From positions 1-64,000 of the IMG/VR virus record IMGVR_UViG_3300002143_000172: 64,000 bases of DNA; one strand, written 5' to 3'. A program made the translations under genes and the position numbers. The notes beneath the pieces were generated by a model. The model was not told the DNA's origin. It was given only the letters and a program-made list of their open reading frames with translations, and did no database searches. Below are positions 30,813-39,094 of this stretch, in pieces. Source of the DNA: a virus. How positions within the stretch are numbered: the first letter of the stretch is position 1; each line of letters starts with the position of its first letter.

Positions 30813-31424
30813 TTACATCGTAGGACCGTTACCGCTTCTAAAACCTACACTACCACCTTCTTCTTCGATGCGTTTGATAACATCCTCAAACAAGATAGGA
30901 GCAAAGTCTGGAAGTTGTTCCACGCAAACGCAGTGGTATCTTACATCAATCTCATCGCTGTACAAGATCTCTCCTGTCCTTGCGTCAACCCCCCTGGCCT
31001 TACGCACACGATTTGCGTGAGTATGACCGTGGATGTTAACCCCAAAGCGACCAAGACTATCTGAGTGCAACGGAATGTGACTCAAAATCATCCCATTCAT
31101 AACATGATAGGCCCTAAGCTCTCTAAAGTATTGACGGTATTCGTCATCTCTGAAGATGTCGTGGTTACCGCGGATCAATACCTTATCACCATTTAACCTA
31201 GCCAATGTTGATATAGCCTTTCGGTTAATAACAACATCGCCCAAATGGTAAATTTTATCAGTGGGCTTAACTCTTTCGTTCCAAGCCTTGATCATGGCTT
31301 CGTCCATATCCTCTGGACTATCCCACGGTCTCAATTTGGTAACACCATCTTTACGAGTGAATTTACACACGCCCAGGTGTCCAAAATGAGTATCGCTGAC
31401 TAAAAATACACTAGGCATATTCAA
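30813..31424 (-). CDS. calcineurin-like metallophosphoesterase
   Basis: SDTHFGH, HLGD, GNHD, HGHTH. Confidence 0.9.
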   Translation of the reverse strand: MNMPSVFLVSDTHFGHLGVCKFTRKDGVTKLRPWDSPEDMDEAMIKAWNERVKPTDKIYHLGDVVINRKAISTLARLNGDKVLIRGNHDIFRDDEYRQYFRELRAYHVMNGMILSHIPLHSDSLGRFGVNIHGHTHANRVRKARGVDARTGEILYSDEIDVRYHCVCVEQLPDFAPILFEDVIKRIEEEGGSVGFRSGNGPTM

Positions 31425-31648
31425 CTCCTTTCTTTTTTAACGCGGCCAATGCGGCTCGCTTTGTTCCAATCGTAAGCAACGCCATCTGGGCACTTGCCGT
31501 CCTTGATACTGTCAACTCCAAATATACCTACCATTTCAAAGTCTGCACCTTTAATGGTCACAAACTCGTTCATTGACTTAGCAACATTCATTGCCTCGGC
31601 AAGTGTAAGAACTTTGAAGATTTCTTCTTTTCCTATTACTTTATACAT
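31421..31648 (-). CDS. hypothetical protein
   Basis: 75 aa ORF after promoter. Confidence 0.7.
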   Translation of the reverse strand: MYKVIGKEEIFKVLTLAEAMNVAKSMNEFVTIKGADFEMVGIFGVDSIKDGKCPDGVAYDWNKASRIGRVKKERS

Positions 31649-31654
31649 GCCTTA

Positions 31655-31683
31655 ATTATAACATGATTTTACCACTTTGTCAA
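31655..31683 (-). promoter_or_regulatory. sigma70-type promoter
   Basis: TTGACA-17 nt-TATAAT. Confidence 0.85.
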
Positions 31684-32240
31684 TCATTATCTTCTAACTT
31701 TCTACGCTCGCGCCTTGCTTGGGCAAGCATAAAAACCTTTTCATTATCATTGGTCCAATCTACTGCGTGTTTGGGTACAATTAACCCAGAATCCAATGTC
31801 ACACCATTAATGGTGTGAGGCTCATTCTCATCATAAGTCCACCCTAGGTGCTTCATCATACGATGCTTGACACATAGGTTAGGACTGCGGAACACTTCTG
31901 TGTCATCAAAGCCCATCATAACGCCAACCTCGCATACTGCTCCACTACGGCACACACCTGCATGACAATGAACAACGACATTCATACGATTGTCTAATGC
32001 ATGTTGTAGCAAACGGACAAGCTCTGCGGCCTGTTCATTACTACATCGCATTGCTTCTTCCAAACACTCATCGTGTTCTTCAATATCTAAAAATTGGAAT
32101 TGATGGACTTCTTTGAATTGGTGCTTGGGAGTTGGAAAATCTCCGGGCGGATCACAAATTTGGATCAGCATGGAGTTAGGACCACAATCGTGGTGCCGAC
32201 CTTGCTTAATATCAGATAACGCTACATTTTCAATCCACAT
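31680..32240 (-). CDS. Cys-based (PTP/DSP-like) phosphatase
   Basis: HCHAGVCRS (CX5R); start MWIEN after AGGAG. Confidence 0.85.
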   Translation of the reverse strand: MWIENVALSDIKQGRHHDCGPNSMLIQICDPPGDFPTPKHQFKEVHQFQFLDIEEHDECLEEAMRCSNEQAAELVRLLQHALDNRMNVVVHCHAGVCRSGAVCEVGVMMGFDDTEVFRSPNLCVKHRMMKHLGWTYDENEPHTINGVTLDSGLIVPKHAVDWTNDNEKVFMLAQARRERRKLEDND

Positions 32241-32700
32241 ACCAAATCTCCTTAAATCCTTCTTCTTCAGTGGGCTCTTCCCAACTGGCAATCATACTGG
32301 CAACAACATGTTCCGGAACGATCTTTCCAGACTCCCATCGACTGGATAGTCGACGAACAAGTTCTTTATGTTCAGGTGTACGAAACACCACAGCAATATG
32401 TTCATAGTCTGGCAACATACGAAACTTCTTAGCCCGACTAGCAATCGTAGTGCTGGTTTGATCCCAAATAATATCATTGCCCATTTCTCGAATGGCTACA
32501 ACATTTGCGGCCATTAAATTAACTGCCTTGGGCATGTATTCTGTAAAAATTTCCGAATAGGTTTTCTTCAAGCGAGCGGCTTCTAATTCAACCCAATAGT
32601 CAGTCGATACGATATGACATCTCTTGGCCCATTCTTGATTGGCGATCCAGGTACTTTTGCCCGAACCAGGCACTCCGACCATCTGATAACATCTTAGCAT
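32230..32700 (-). CDS. AAA_33 / polynucleotide-kinase-like P-loop kinase
   Basis: GVPGSGKST, VSTD, WDQT. Confidence 0.85.
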   Translation of the reverse strand: MLRCYQMVGVPGSGKSTWIANQEWAKRCHIVSTDYWVELEAARLKKTYSEIFTEYMPKAVNLMAANVVAIREMGNDIIWDQTSTTIASRAKKFRMLPDYEHIAVVFRTPEHKELVRRLSSRWESGKIVPEHVVASMIASWEEPTEEEGFKEIWYVD

Positions 32701-32721
32701 ATAATACTTTCTAAAATAGGT

Positions 32722-32796
32722 TGGTCCCGCTAGGAGGAATCGAACCTCCATCTTAACCTTAGGAGTGTTTTATTCTATCCATTGAACTATAGCGAG
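32722..32796 (-). tRNA. tRNA-Arg(CCU), weak anticodon stem
   Basis: cloverleaf, loop CU-CCU-AA, CCA. Confidence 0.75.
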
Positions 32797-32809
32797 GGGT
32801 TAATAACAC

Positions 32810-32838
32810 ATTATAGCATGATAAATGATTTGTGTCAA
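32810..32838 (-). promoter_or_regulatory. sigma70-type promoter
   Basis: TTGACA-17 nt-TATAAT. Confidence 0.8.
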
Positions 32839-32845
32839 ATGAAAA

Positions 32846-32907
32846 ACAGGATCCGCTTTTTTCAAAGTTGAAGTTTGATTTTTTAATTTGCTGAAAGGAT
32901 CCTAAAA
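32846..32907 (-). ncRNA. CAGCAA-family RNA copy 4 with anticodon-arm mimic (UCA)
   Basis: AGGAUCC/GGAUCCU stem; UCAAA-CUUCAAC-UUUGA. Confidence 0.75.
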
Positions 32908-32908
32908 C

Positions 32909-32985
32909 TGGTTGCAGTGGCAGGATTCGAACCTGCGATTCCCGGCTTATGAGACCGGACGGATAGACCACTTCCATACACTGCG
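32909..32985 (-). tRNA. tRNA-fMet(CAU)
   Basis: CAU anticodon, C1:A72 mismatch. Confidence 0.85.
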
Positions 32986-32990
32986 ATAAT

Positions 32991-33020
32991 TGGTGGAGGA
33001 GACAGGGATCGAACCGATAT
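32991..33020 (-). pseudogene. 3' remnant of a tRNA-Ala
   Basis: CGGUUCGAUCCCUGUCUCCUCCACCA without 5' half. Confidence 0.7.
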
Positions 33021-33023
33021 CTC

Positions 33024-33536
33024 CTAAATGGTGGAGGTTAAGGGGATCGAACCCTTAACTCTGCCTTGCAAAGGCAGCGTGTTCCCATTAGCACTAAACC
33101 CCCATTTGTATTCAACTGCTTGCTCTATTAAAGGAGCAACTTCGTCTTTCCATTTGCTATGTACCATTTCGTGATGATTTGGACATAATGGTATTAAGTT
33201 CTGCGGATCGTTATTATCGTGATTCTCATCTATATGATGTATTGCTACAATCTTATCAAATCCGCAAATAACACATTCGTGTTTCCAATGCTGTAAAGCA
33301 ATAGTCTTATAATGCGTAGCATTATCATTCCACCACTCTTGTCTATTGTTAGCACAACTACGACTACAGAACTTTGCTCGTTCATATGTCTTAGTTTTTA
33401 TGCGTCCTTCAAATATAAACTCTGTACCACAGCGTTCACATTCTTTAGTATGTTTTGCAACAGGACCAAATCGTTTATCGTTCTTTTCCTGTTGTAGGAG
33501 TTTGTATTGTTCAGTGTTATATTTTCCGTTGTTCAT
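33024..33536 (-). CDS. HNH homing endonuclease; C-terminus runs through tRNA-Ala
   Basis: KFCSRSCAN, CVICG, HHID, NLIPLCPNHH. Confidence 0.9.
   Translation of the reverse strand: MNNGKYNTEQYKLLQQEKNDKRFGPVAKHTKECERCGTEFIFEGRIKTKTYERAKFCSRSCANNRQEWWNDNATHYKTIALQHWKHECVICGFDKIVAIHHIDENHDNNDPQNLIPLCPNHHEMVHSKWKDEVAPLIEQAVEYKWGFSANGNTLPLQGRVKGSIPLTSTI
33029..33103 (-). tRNA. tRNA-Ala(UGC)
   Basis: cloverleaf, G3:U70, CCA. Confidence 0.9.
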
Positions 33537-33567
33537 ACTTTATTTATCATAAAGTGCGAAATACGAA

Positions 33568-33596
33568 CGCTGTTCTATCAACTGAGCTACACCCCC
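33568..33596 (-). pseudogene. 5' remnant of a tRNA-Ala
   Basis: GGGGGUGUAGCUCAGUUGAUAGAACAGCG then HNH promoter. Confidence 0.7.
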
Positions 33597-33637
33597 ATTT
33601 ATTCTTTTCTGCTAACAATCCTACAAGGGAACAAACT

Positions 33638-33714
33638 TGGTCGGAGTACAAGGATTCGAACCTTGGACCTCCTGGTCCCAAACCAGGCGCACTACCAGGC
33701 TGTGCTACACTCCG
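33638..33714 (-). tRNA. tRNA-Pro(UGG)
   Basis: canonical cloverleaf. Confidence 0.95.
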
Positions 33715-33721
33715 AATATTC

Positions 33722-33796
33722 TGGTGGGTGATGAGAGGATCGAACTCCCGACAAACTGCGTGTAAGGCAGCGACTCTACCGCTGAGCTAATCACCC
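33722..33796 (-). tRNA. tRNA-Val(UAC)
   Basis: canonical cloverleaf. Confidence 0.95.
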
Positions 33797-33801
33797 AAAT
33801 A

Positions 33802-33875
33802 TGGAGCGGGATGGGAGAATCGAACTCCCAACTTCAGTTTGGAAAACTGAGGTAATACCATTTTACGAATCCCGC
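33802..33875 (-). tRNA. tRNA-Gly(UCC)
   Basis: canonical cloverleaf, U73. Confidence 0.95.
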
Positions 33876-34016
33876 ACTCTCTAATCAAATACATCCATGC
33901 CGTTTTCCTAGAGGGTGGCCGTTCCCAATACCTAGACTACATCTAAGTTAAATGTGTTTTAAAAAAGTTTATCACAGATATTTAGTTTATCAATTTAGTG
34001 GTATATAAATATCTTG

Positions 34017-34697
34017 ATGAATATCGATCACAATCCTTATCAATGCTACGCCAATCAAGAATTGAAATGGCTCCCAATGGATACGGAAAATTTGTATAAA
34101 CGAAATCTCAAAGTTAACTATTTTCTTCTTGAAAAATTTAATTGGCTAAATTCAAATTTTACTTATAAATTTAACAGCCAAGGATTTCGTTGCGATGAGT
34201 TTACTAACAGTCCTTCTATTGTTTTTTTAGGATGTAGTATAACAGTAGGCATTGGAATACCTGTAGAAACAACCTGGGCAAGTTTAGTATCTAATCAATT
34301 AAATCTTTCTTGTTATAACTTAGGTATAGGCGGCTCATCAAACAATACTGCATTTCGATTAGCACATATATGGTTAAAAAAAATTAAACCTAAAGTGGTT
34401 GTATTTTGTCAAACCTATCCAGAAAGATTAGAAGTGTTTAACGAAAATGGAATAATATCTAATATAGCATCGGATTGCGGTGAGTTTTATAATCACTGGT
34501 TGTCCAATGAAAACAACAGCGCATTAAACCAAATTAAAAACAGGTTAGCAATTCAACAGTTATGCAATTCTTTTGATATTAAATTTGTGCATACCAGTGT
34601 GCATAATTTTGAATTTATTGATCAAGCAAGAGACCTGGCACATCCAGGAATTACATCAAATCAAAAGTTTTCGAAGTTAGTGCTAGAACTGATATAG
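34017..34697 (+). CDS. SGNH-like hypothetical protein
   Basis: FNSQGFR, LGCSITVGIG, NLGIGGSSN, ARDLAHPG. Confidence 0.7.
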   Translation: MNIDHNPYQCYANQELKWLPMDTENLYKRNLKVNYFLLEKFNWLNSNFTYKFNSQGFRCDEFTNSPSIVFLGCSITVGIGIPVETTWASLVSNQLNLSCYNLGIGGSSNNTAFRLAHIWLKKIKPKVVVFCQTYPERLEVFNENGIISNIASDCGEFYNHWLSNENNSALNQIKNRLAIQQLCNSFDIKFVHTSVHNFEFIDQARDLAHPGITSNQKFSKLVLELI

Positions 34698-34705
34698 TTA
34701 TAAAA

Positions 34706-34910
34706 GTGTTACTGCCACTTCCACCACAGAAGCCCAATAACTGAGTAGTTACCCTGTCCATAACATTTATTCTTATGGGATGGCGTTAGACCACACCCTA
34801 GACAGTTCTCGGTATTCCCTAAAGAGGAACCGTAAGGTCAAGTTCTAGTGTACCCCCTGGTCTCTCGTTACAGGGACGCTCTTTTATTTACGGCAAAGAG
34901 TAAACCGGGT
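34706..34910 (-). ncRNA. unknown multi-helix RNA (about 205 nt)
   Basis: ORF-free interval with at least five predicted helices, directly 3' of tRNA-Thr. Confidence 0.55.
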
Positions 34911-34915
34911 TATTC

Positions 34916-34989
34916 TGGTGCCCCTTGACAGAATCGAACTGCCATCAACGGATTACAAAACCATTGTATTACCATTATACTAAAGGGGC
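34916..34989 (-). tRNA. tRNA-Thr(UGU)
   Basis: cloverleaf, CCA. Confidence 0.9.
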
Positions 34990-35017
34990 CTTAAGTTTTT
35001 TGTAACACTTCATTATT

Positions 35018-35257
35018 TCACTTATTTTTAGATCCTAATTTATATTCTAAATCTTTAGAAGCATCTAGTATTGTATCTTCGGTGCTCAATATATCTTGAT
35101 ACTCATTCTTACTTACACCTGTATTATCTTCTACCGGAGTATCTGGAATTAGTTTCTTCATATATGTTGGAACATGTTTCCCAAAGATACTTTCAAAATT
35201 ATTATCAAAAGTTTTCCCATCCACACTTTTTGGACGAGGCCTCGAACCTTTACTCAT
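35018..35257 (-). CDS. small phage protein
   Basis: MSKGSRPRP...FDNNFESIFGK. Confidence 0.7.
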   Translation of the reverse strand: MSKGSRPRPKSVDGKTFDNNFESIFGKHVPTYMKKLIPDTPVEDNTGVSKNEYQDILSTEDTILDASKDLEYKLGSKNK

Positions 35258-35481
35258 CTAATCTTCCTTAAATGATCTCTACCAATTTTACCTTCTTCAA
35301 TTTCTTTTAAGGCCAATACTGCGGCGGTACTTCCGTTGTTGTTTTCTACCAACGGCATTGCACCACGCTTCAATTCTCGAACACGGGTTGATGCAATTAA
35401 TACCAAGTCAAATCTACTGCCCCCAACATTCTTAACACATTTTTCAATGTCGTTCATTGTTCGTTCTAGTTTTTTTGTCAT
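35254..35481 (-). CDS. rpoZ: RNA polymerase omega subunit homologue
   Basis: SRFDLVLIASTRVREL and ALKEIEEGKI motifs. Confidence 0.85.
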   Translation of the reverse strand: MTKKLERTMNDIEKCVKNVGGSRFDLVLIASTRVRELKRGAMPLVENNNGSTAAVLALKEIEEGKIGRDHLRKIR

Positions 35482-35503
35482 AGTTGCCTTAGTTAAAAAA
35501 TTG

Positions 35504-35587
35504 TGGTGCCCCAGGCGAGACTCGAACTCGCAACCCTTTCGGGGACGGCTTCTAAGACCGCTGTGTAAACCATTCCACCACCGGGGC
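35504..35587 (-). tRNA. tRNA-Leu(UAG)
   Basis: class II cloverleaf. Confidence 0.95.
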
Positions 35588-35645
35588 ATAATAAAATACA
35601 TTGTAGCAGGATATTTATATCTTGTCAACCTGCTTAAAACAAAAT

Positions 35646-35722
35646 TGGTGGGCCAGATCGGATTCGAACCGATGATCAACGGCTTATGAGGCCGCTGCTT
35701 TAGGCCTCTAAGCTACTGGCCC
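35646..35722 (-). tRNA. tRNA-Ile2/Met(CAU)
   Basis: CAU anticodon, GGGCC acceptor typical of Ile2. Confidence 0.85.
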
Positions 35723-35745
35723 AATTTTAAATACTAAATATTGTT

Positions 35746-36321
35746 ATGAACTTTAACATCTCTGTAGATACACAGTATGGCATAATGCTTAGTGGCGGTA
35801 TTGATAGTGCTATATTGTTCTATCTGTTAATTAAAGAGGAACCAAAAATAAGACTCCAACCGTTTACTATTCCCAAAGTTGACGGCGCATACTTATATGC
35901 TGATCCGCTCATTGATTATTTTAATAATAAATTTAACTTAACAATTCCACACACGATTAAAGTAGGTGATCCGACTTTACATCACACAAAACAGGGTCAA
36001 AGTGGATATACTGATATTCGAAAGTTTTATAAAAATATACAGATCGTATTCTGTGCTCTTAACGCAGTTCCTTTAGAATTACAAGACGGTCGTCATCCTA
36101 TAAGGCTGATGCACGGACCTACTAACCTTAAATTGCCATTTGTTAATATGTTCAAGGATCAAATTCTTCAAATTATGTATGATGAAGGGCAAACTGATCT
36201 TATTGATCTCACCCATTCGTGTACAGAAAGAACTGTGGGACGATGTAATCATTGTTGGCAATGCGGTGAACGCAGTTGGGCATTTAATAAACTAAACAAA
36301 GTTGATACCGGAACAAAATAA
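35746..36321 (+). CDS. QueC-like PP-loop protein
   Basis: SGGIDS and SC...CNHCWQCGER. Confidence 0.75.
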   Translation: MNFNISVDTQYGIMLSGGIDSAILFYLLIKEEPKIRLQPFTIPKVDGAYLYADPLIDYFNNKFNLTIPHTIKVGDPTLHHTKQGQSGYTDIRKFYKNIQIVFCALNAVPLELQDGRHPIRLMHGPTNLKLPFVNMFKDQILQIMYDEGQTDLIDLTHSCTERTVGRCNHCWQCGERSWAFNKLNKVDTGTK

Positions 36322-36323
36322 CA

Positions 36324-36397
36324 TGGTGCCCGGAGCCGGACTCGAACTTGTGATAAAGGCTTATCAAGCCTCCGTTATACCGTTTAACTACAGAGCT
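36324..36397 (-). pseudogene. chimeric pseudo-tRNA (Ile(GAU) 5' part fused to Leu-type 3' end)
   Basis: T-stem ACAAG/CCGGC unpaired; 3' end nearly identical to adjacent tRNA-Leu(UAA). Confidence 0.7.
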
Positions 36398-36409
36398 GTC
36401 TTACTAACT

Positions 36410-36708
36410 TGGTGCTCCGAGCCGGAATCGAACCGGCACGCCATTACAGCGAGGGATTTTCTTACCACTATAGTTTTCACTACCTTTGCAGTTTGGTGGT
36501 CTGGACTATACCTTCATCATAGCATTACTGCCTTAGATGCTCGCCGTCTAGTCTCTACACGTTCAAAGTAATTTCTTACTAAGCTTCGCTCGGTATTAGC
36601 ATGTTAAAGCCTTCACCGAATTTGACGAGTTCTACTCCCGGCATTTCCACCGGGGCACTCAAATTTTACTCTCAAGTCCCTTGTGTCTACCTATTTCACC
36701 ATCAGAGC
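36410..36708 (-). tRNA. tRNA-Leu(UAA) split by group I intron
   Basis: exons 36674-36708 and 36410-36460 join to AGGGA-CU-UAA-AA-UCCCU. Confidence 0.92.
36461..36673 (-). mobile_element. group I intron (IC3-like, no ORF, 213 nt)
   Basis: P AAUUCGGUGAA, Q AAUACCGAGC, R GUAGAGACUAGACGG, S AAGGUAUAGUCC, terminal G, inserted after U34. Confidence 0.92.
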
Positions 36709-37293
36709 AATTAATCTTTTCATTCTTTCGTAGTTGCCGCCTTTTGCAGCTAGTCCTACTTCTAATAATGCTTGTCGTATGTTACTACATTTTGCATATG
36801 CTGTCAATAGCTCTTGGTCAGTTACTTTAACTTTCCCCGAGTTGATATTTCTACCTCTCCATGTTGGAGTTAATGCATGACAGTTACAACATAATAGTTT
36901 AAGATTTTCCCTTGTATTATGTTTGTTATCACCGTCGACATGCTCTAATTCTAACGGTATAGGACTGGACTGCCACTCGGTCAATCCACACCCTTCACAT
37001 TGGTAACCTCGCTCTTGTATAAGAGCCGATTTGTGATTACCAATACCATCGTACTCAAATTTTGTATTGGAATAATTACCTTTATTCCAATTCATTTTAG
37101 TTTTGGTGTCCGCTGGCAAATTTGCATACCTGATTTTTGCAGGCAAACGATTACCTAACTCGTATACTGCTTTAGTTCTTTCTGAGTTAATTGCTTTAAG
37201 TACACTGCATCCTGCGGGTCTGGCGCAACAGCAATTTTTACCATTTTTTAAAACAAACTTAGATGCAGTGTTGCATCCGTAATCACATAACAT
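36691..37293 (-). CDS. HNH homing endonuclease; stop codon inside tRNA-Leu 5' exon
   Basis: CEGCG, LELEHVDG, NLKLLCCNCHA. Confidence 0.9.
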   Translation of the reverse strand: MLCDYGCNTASKFVLKNGKNCCCARPAGCSVLKAINSERTKAVYELGNRLPAKIRYANLPADTKTKMNWNKGNYSNTKFEYDGIGNHKSALIQERGYQCEGCGLTEWQSSPIPLELEHVDGDNKHNTRENLKLLCCNCHALTPTWRGRNINSGKVKVTDQELLTAYAKCSNIRQALLEVGLAAKGGNYERMKRLIALMVK

Positions 37294-37370
37294 AACATAC
37301 TCCTGTTATGTGTATTTAGTAGGTAGGCACAGAATGCTTAACTTAAACTACCAATTACTCTATAAAAACT

Positions 37371-37438
37371 TGGTACACCGTGCGGAATGCGTACCCGCCG
37401 TGAAAGGGTGATGTCCTAGGCCTCTAGACGAACGGGAC
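37371..37438 (-). pseudogene. tRNA-Glu(UUC) pseudogene, T-arm deleted
   Basis: GUCCCGUUCGUCUAGAGGCCUAGGAC 5' half, no UUCGA loop. Confidence 0.75.
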
Positions 37439-37517
37439 AAAAATGTTACTTTTAATTTTTAAAGAGCGTGTTAATTTCTTAACTTATGCATTATTATAGC
37501 ATACTACTGCAGGTGTG

Positions 37518-38195
37518 TCAAGCAGTTTTAACGCTTTGGGAAGGTAATATAAAGTTTCCCGCCTGTGCTTTTTCGATAACTTGCGAAAAATTCATCGATA
37601 AACATTTCAACCTTAGGAACACCCGCTGTTTATCATTGTTCCTTACACCGTGTATGGTATGACCGTTAAACATGCTTGGGTGATCTAGACTGTAATTATA
37701 ACTATAAATTAGATCTCTTTTTGGTATTACTGGATAACTTGTTGCCCGCTGCCAAACAGACCCCGGTGGCATCCTGTAAAAATCAATTGGACTTGCATCA
37801 CTATCGGGTAAGATCGGGAACATGATCCCACAATACATATGAAAGTCTATGTGAGGTACAAAATTATAACCTGGACCATAGATTAAGATATCTACATCGG
37901 CTCCCTGCAACGGTTGGTCAAAGTTGAATTGTTCCACTAATTTTTTTATCGGATCAAAATCTTTTACATGTTTACCCAATGTAAAATAGGTATCGATCGA
38001 ATCAAATAGTCCAGCTGAATCTTCCTTAAACCGTTTATTGTGCGTCATGTTGTTTGATGCGTGTTTATTGGAAAACTTATTCATTAGTTTGCCAAAACTG
38101 ACTTGGTATTGTTTTACACTTTCATACCAATCTTTTAACTCTTCTCGATCGTATGTTATTTCGTCAAACACTACATGATGATCGAATACTTGCAT
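37518..38195 (-). CDS. 2OG-Fe(II) oxygenase-like protein
   Basis: PHID, HGVRN...R. Confidence 0.7.
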   Translation of the reverse strand: MQVFDHHVVFDEITYDREELKDWYESVKQYQVSFGKLMNKFSNKHASNNMTHNKRFKEDSAGLFDSIDTYFTLGKHVKDFDPIKKLVEQFNFDQPLQGADVDILIYGPGYNFVPHIDFHMYCGIMFPILPDSDASPIDFYRMPPGSVWQRATSYPVIPKRDLIYSYNYSLDHPSMFNGHTIHGVRNNDKQRVFLRLKCLSMNFSQVIEKAQAGNFILPSQSVKTA

Positions 38196-38217
38196 GGAAT
38201 TATTTAGTAACCTAACT

Positions 38218-38291
38218 TGGTGCTCAAGAATAGAATCGAACTATTGATTGCTCCTTACCATGGAGCCGTTATTCCATTTAACTACAAGAGC
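38218..38291 (-). tRNA. tRNA-Thr(GGU)
   Basis: cloverleaf with A32 and two U-U acceptor mismatches. Confidence 0.8.
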
Positions 38292-38298
38292 AAAAATA

Positions 38299-38390
38299 TG
38301 GTGGAGAGTGAGAGATTCGAACTCTCGGACCCACTTGCGTGGATCGACAGGTTAGCAACCTGCTGCCTTAGACCACTCGGCCAACTCTCC
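38299..38390 (-). tRNA. tRNA-Ser(GCU)
   Basis: class II cloverleaf, A73. Confidence 0.9.
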
Positions 38391-38400
38391 TAAATCTATT

Positions 38401-38497
38401 CGGTACGACCGGTAGGGTTCGAACCTACAAGGGCTATGTCTAAGACGGTGCCCCATCCTGCTCAACGCAGAGGTCTGCCAATTCCACTCACGGTCGC
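38401..38497 (-). ncRNA. tRNA-like RNA without a normal anticodon loop
   Basis: acceptor, D and T arms intact; 5-nt loop, very long variable arm, ends ACCG. Confidence 0.7.
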
Positions 38498-38541
38498 AAG
38501 TATATTATATACTTATCCGTGGTACTTGTCAACTAAAATAT

Positions 38542-38616
38542 TGGTCCGCCCACCAGGAATCGAACCTGGAATCACACTTTAGAAGAATGTTGTTATATCC
38601 ATTTAACTATGGGCAG
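38542..38616 (-). tRNA. tRNA-Arg(UCU)
   Basis: cloverleaf. Confidence 0.9.
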
Positions 38617-38711
38617 TGAGTCTCTAGTATAACATACTATTTTGTTTATGTCAATTCTGCTCATATAAATAGCTTTATGAATGTTATTTTTTGGAACGGC
38701 GGAATTAAAAT

Positions 38712-38785
38712 TGGCAGGGGCACTAGGGATCGAACCTAGACTAACAGAGTCAAAGTCTGTTGTGCTACCATTACACAATGCCCCA
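38712..38785 (-). tRNA. tRNA-Gln(UUG)
   Basis: cloverleaf. Confidence 0.9.
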
Positions 38786-38795
38786 ACAAAAAGGT

Positions 38796-38945
38796 TTTCA
38801 AGAGCCCAACTATCCTCCTGGGAGGACTCATTGGATTGTCTCGACAAGGCAAGTTTATACAACCGTCATCGCCGTCTGCGGTGTCATACAGCCAACCAAA
38901 ACTGTACTAGGCTTGCGGGACTCGAACCTTGCGTCTATCTTGAAA
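38796..38945 (-). ncRNA. unknown 150-nt structured RNA with T-loop
   Basis: UUUCAAGA/UCUUGAAA closing stem, GG-UUCGAGU-CC, several hairpins. Confidence 0.6.
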
Positions 38946-38947
38946 TT

Positions 38948-39022
38948 TGGTAGTAATGGAAAGAGTCGAACTTTCACAGCGCACCGTATGAAGGTGTTGC
39001 ACTACCATTATGCTACATTACC
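38948..39022 (-). tRNA. tRNA-Met(CAU)
   Basis: cloverleaf, paired 1:72. Confidence 0.85.
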
Positions 39023-39094
39023 ATATGTAAACACACTCAGAGGAGGCGTTCTCCGGCGCCGGAGTACCAAGCTGATCGTAAATGTGTTTGCATA

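Noticed and set aside
32991-33596. Possible tmRNA (GGGGG 5' end, UCCACCA 3' end)
   Set aside because: 5' part has a tRNA-type D-arm, no tag reading frame is evident, and the interior is an HNH gene plus tRNA; better explained as a split tRNA-Ala.
34706-34910. RNase P RNA
   Set aside because: No GAGGAAAGUCC or ACAGAA...GGCUUA P4 pair on either strand.
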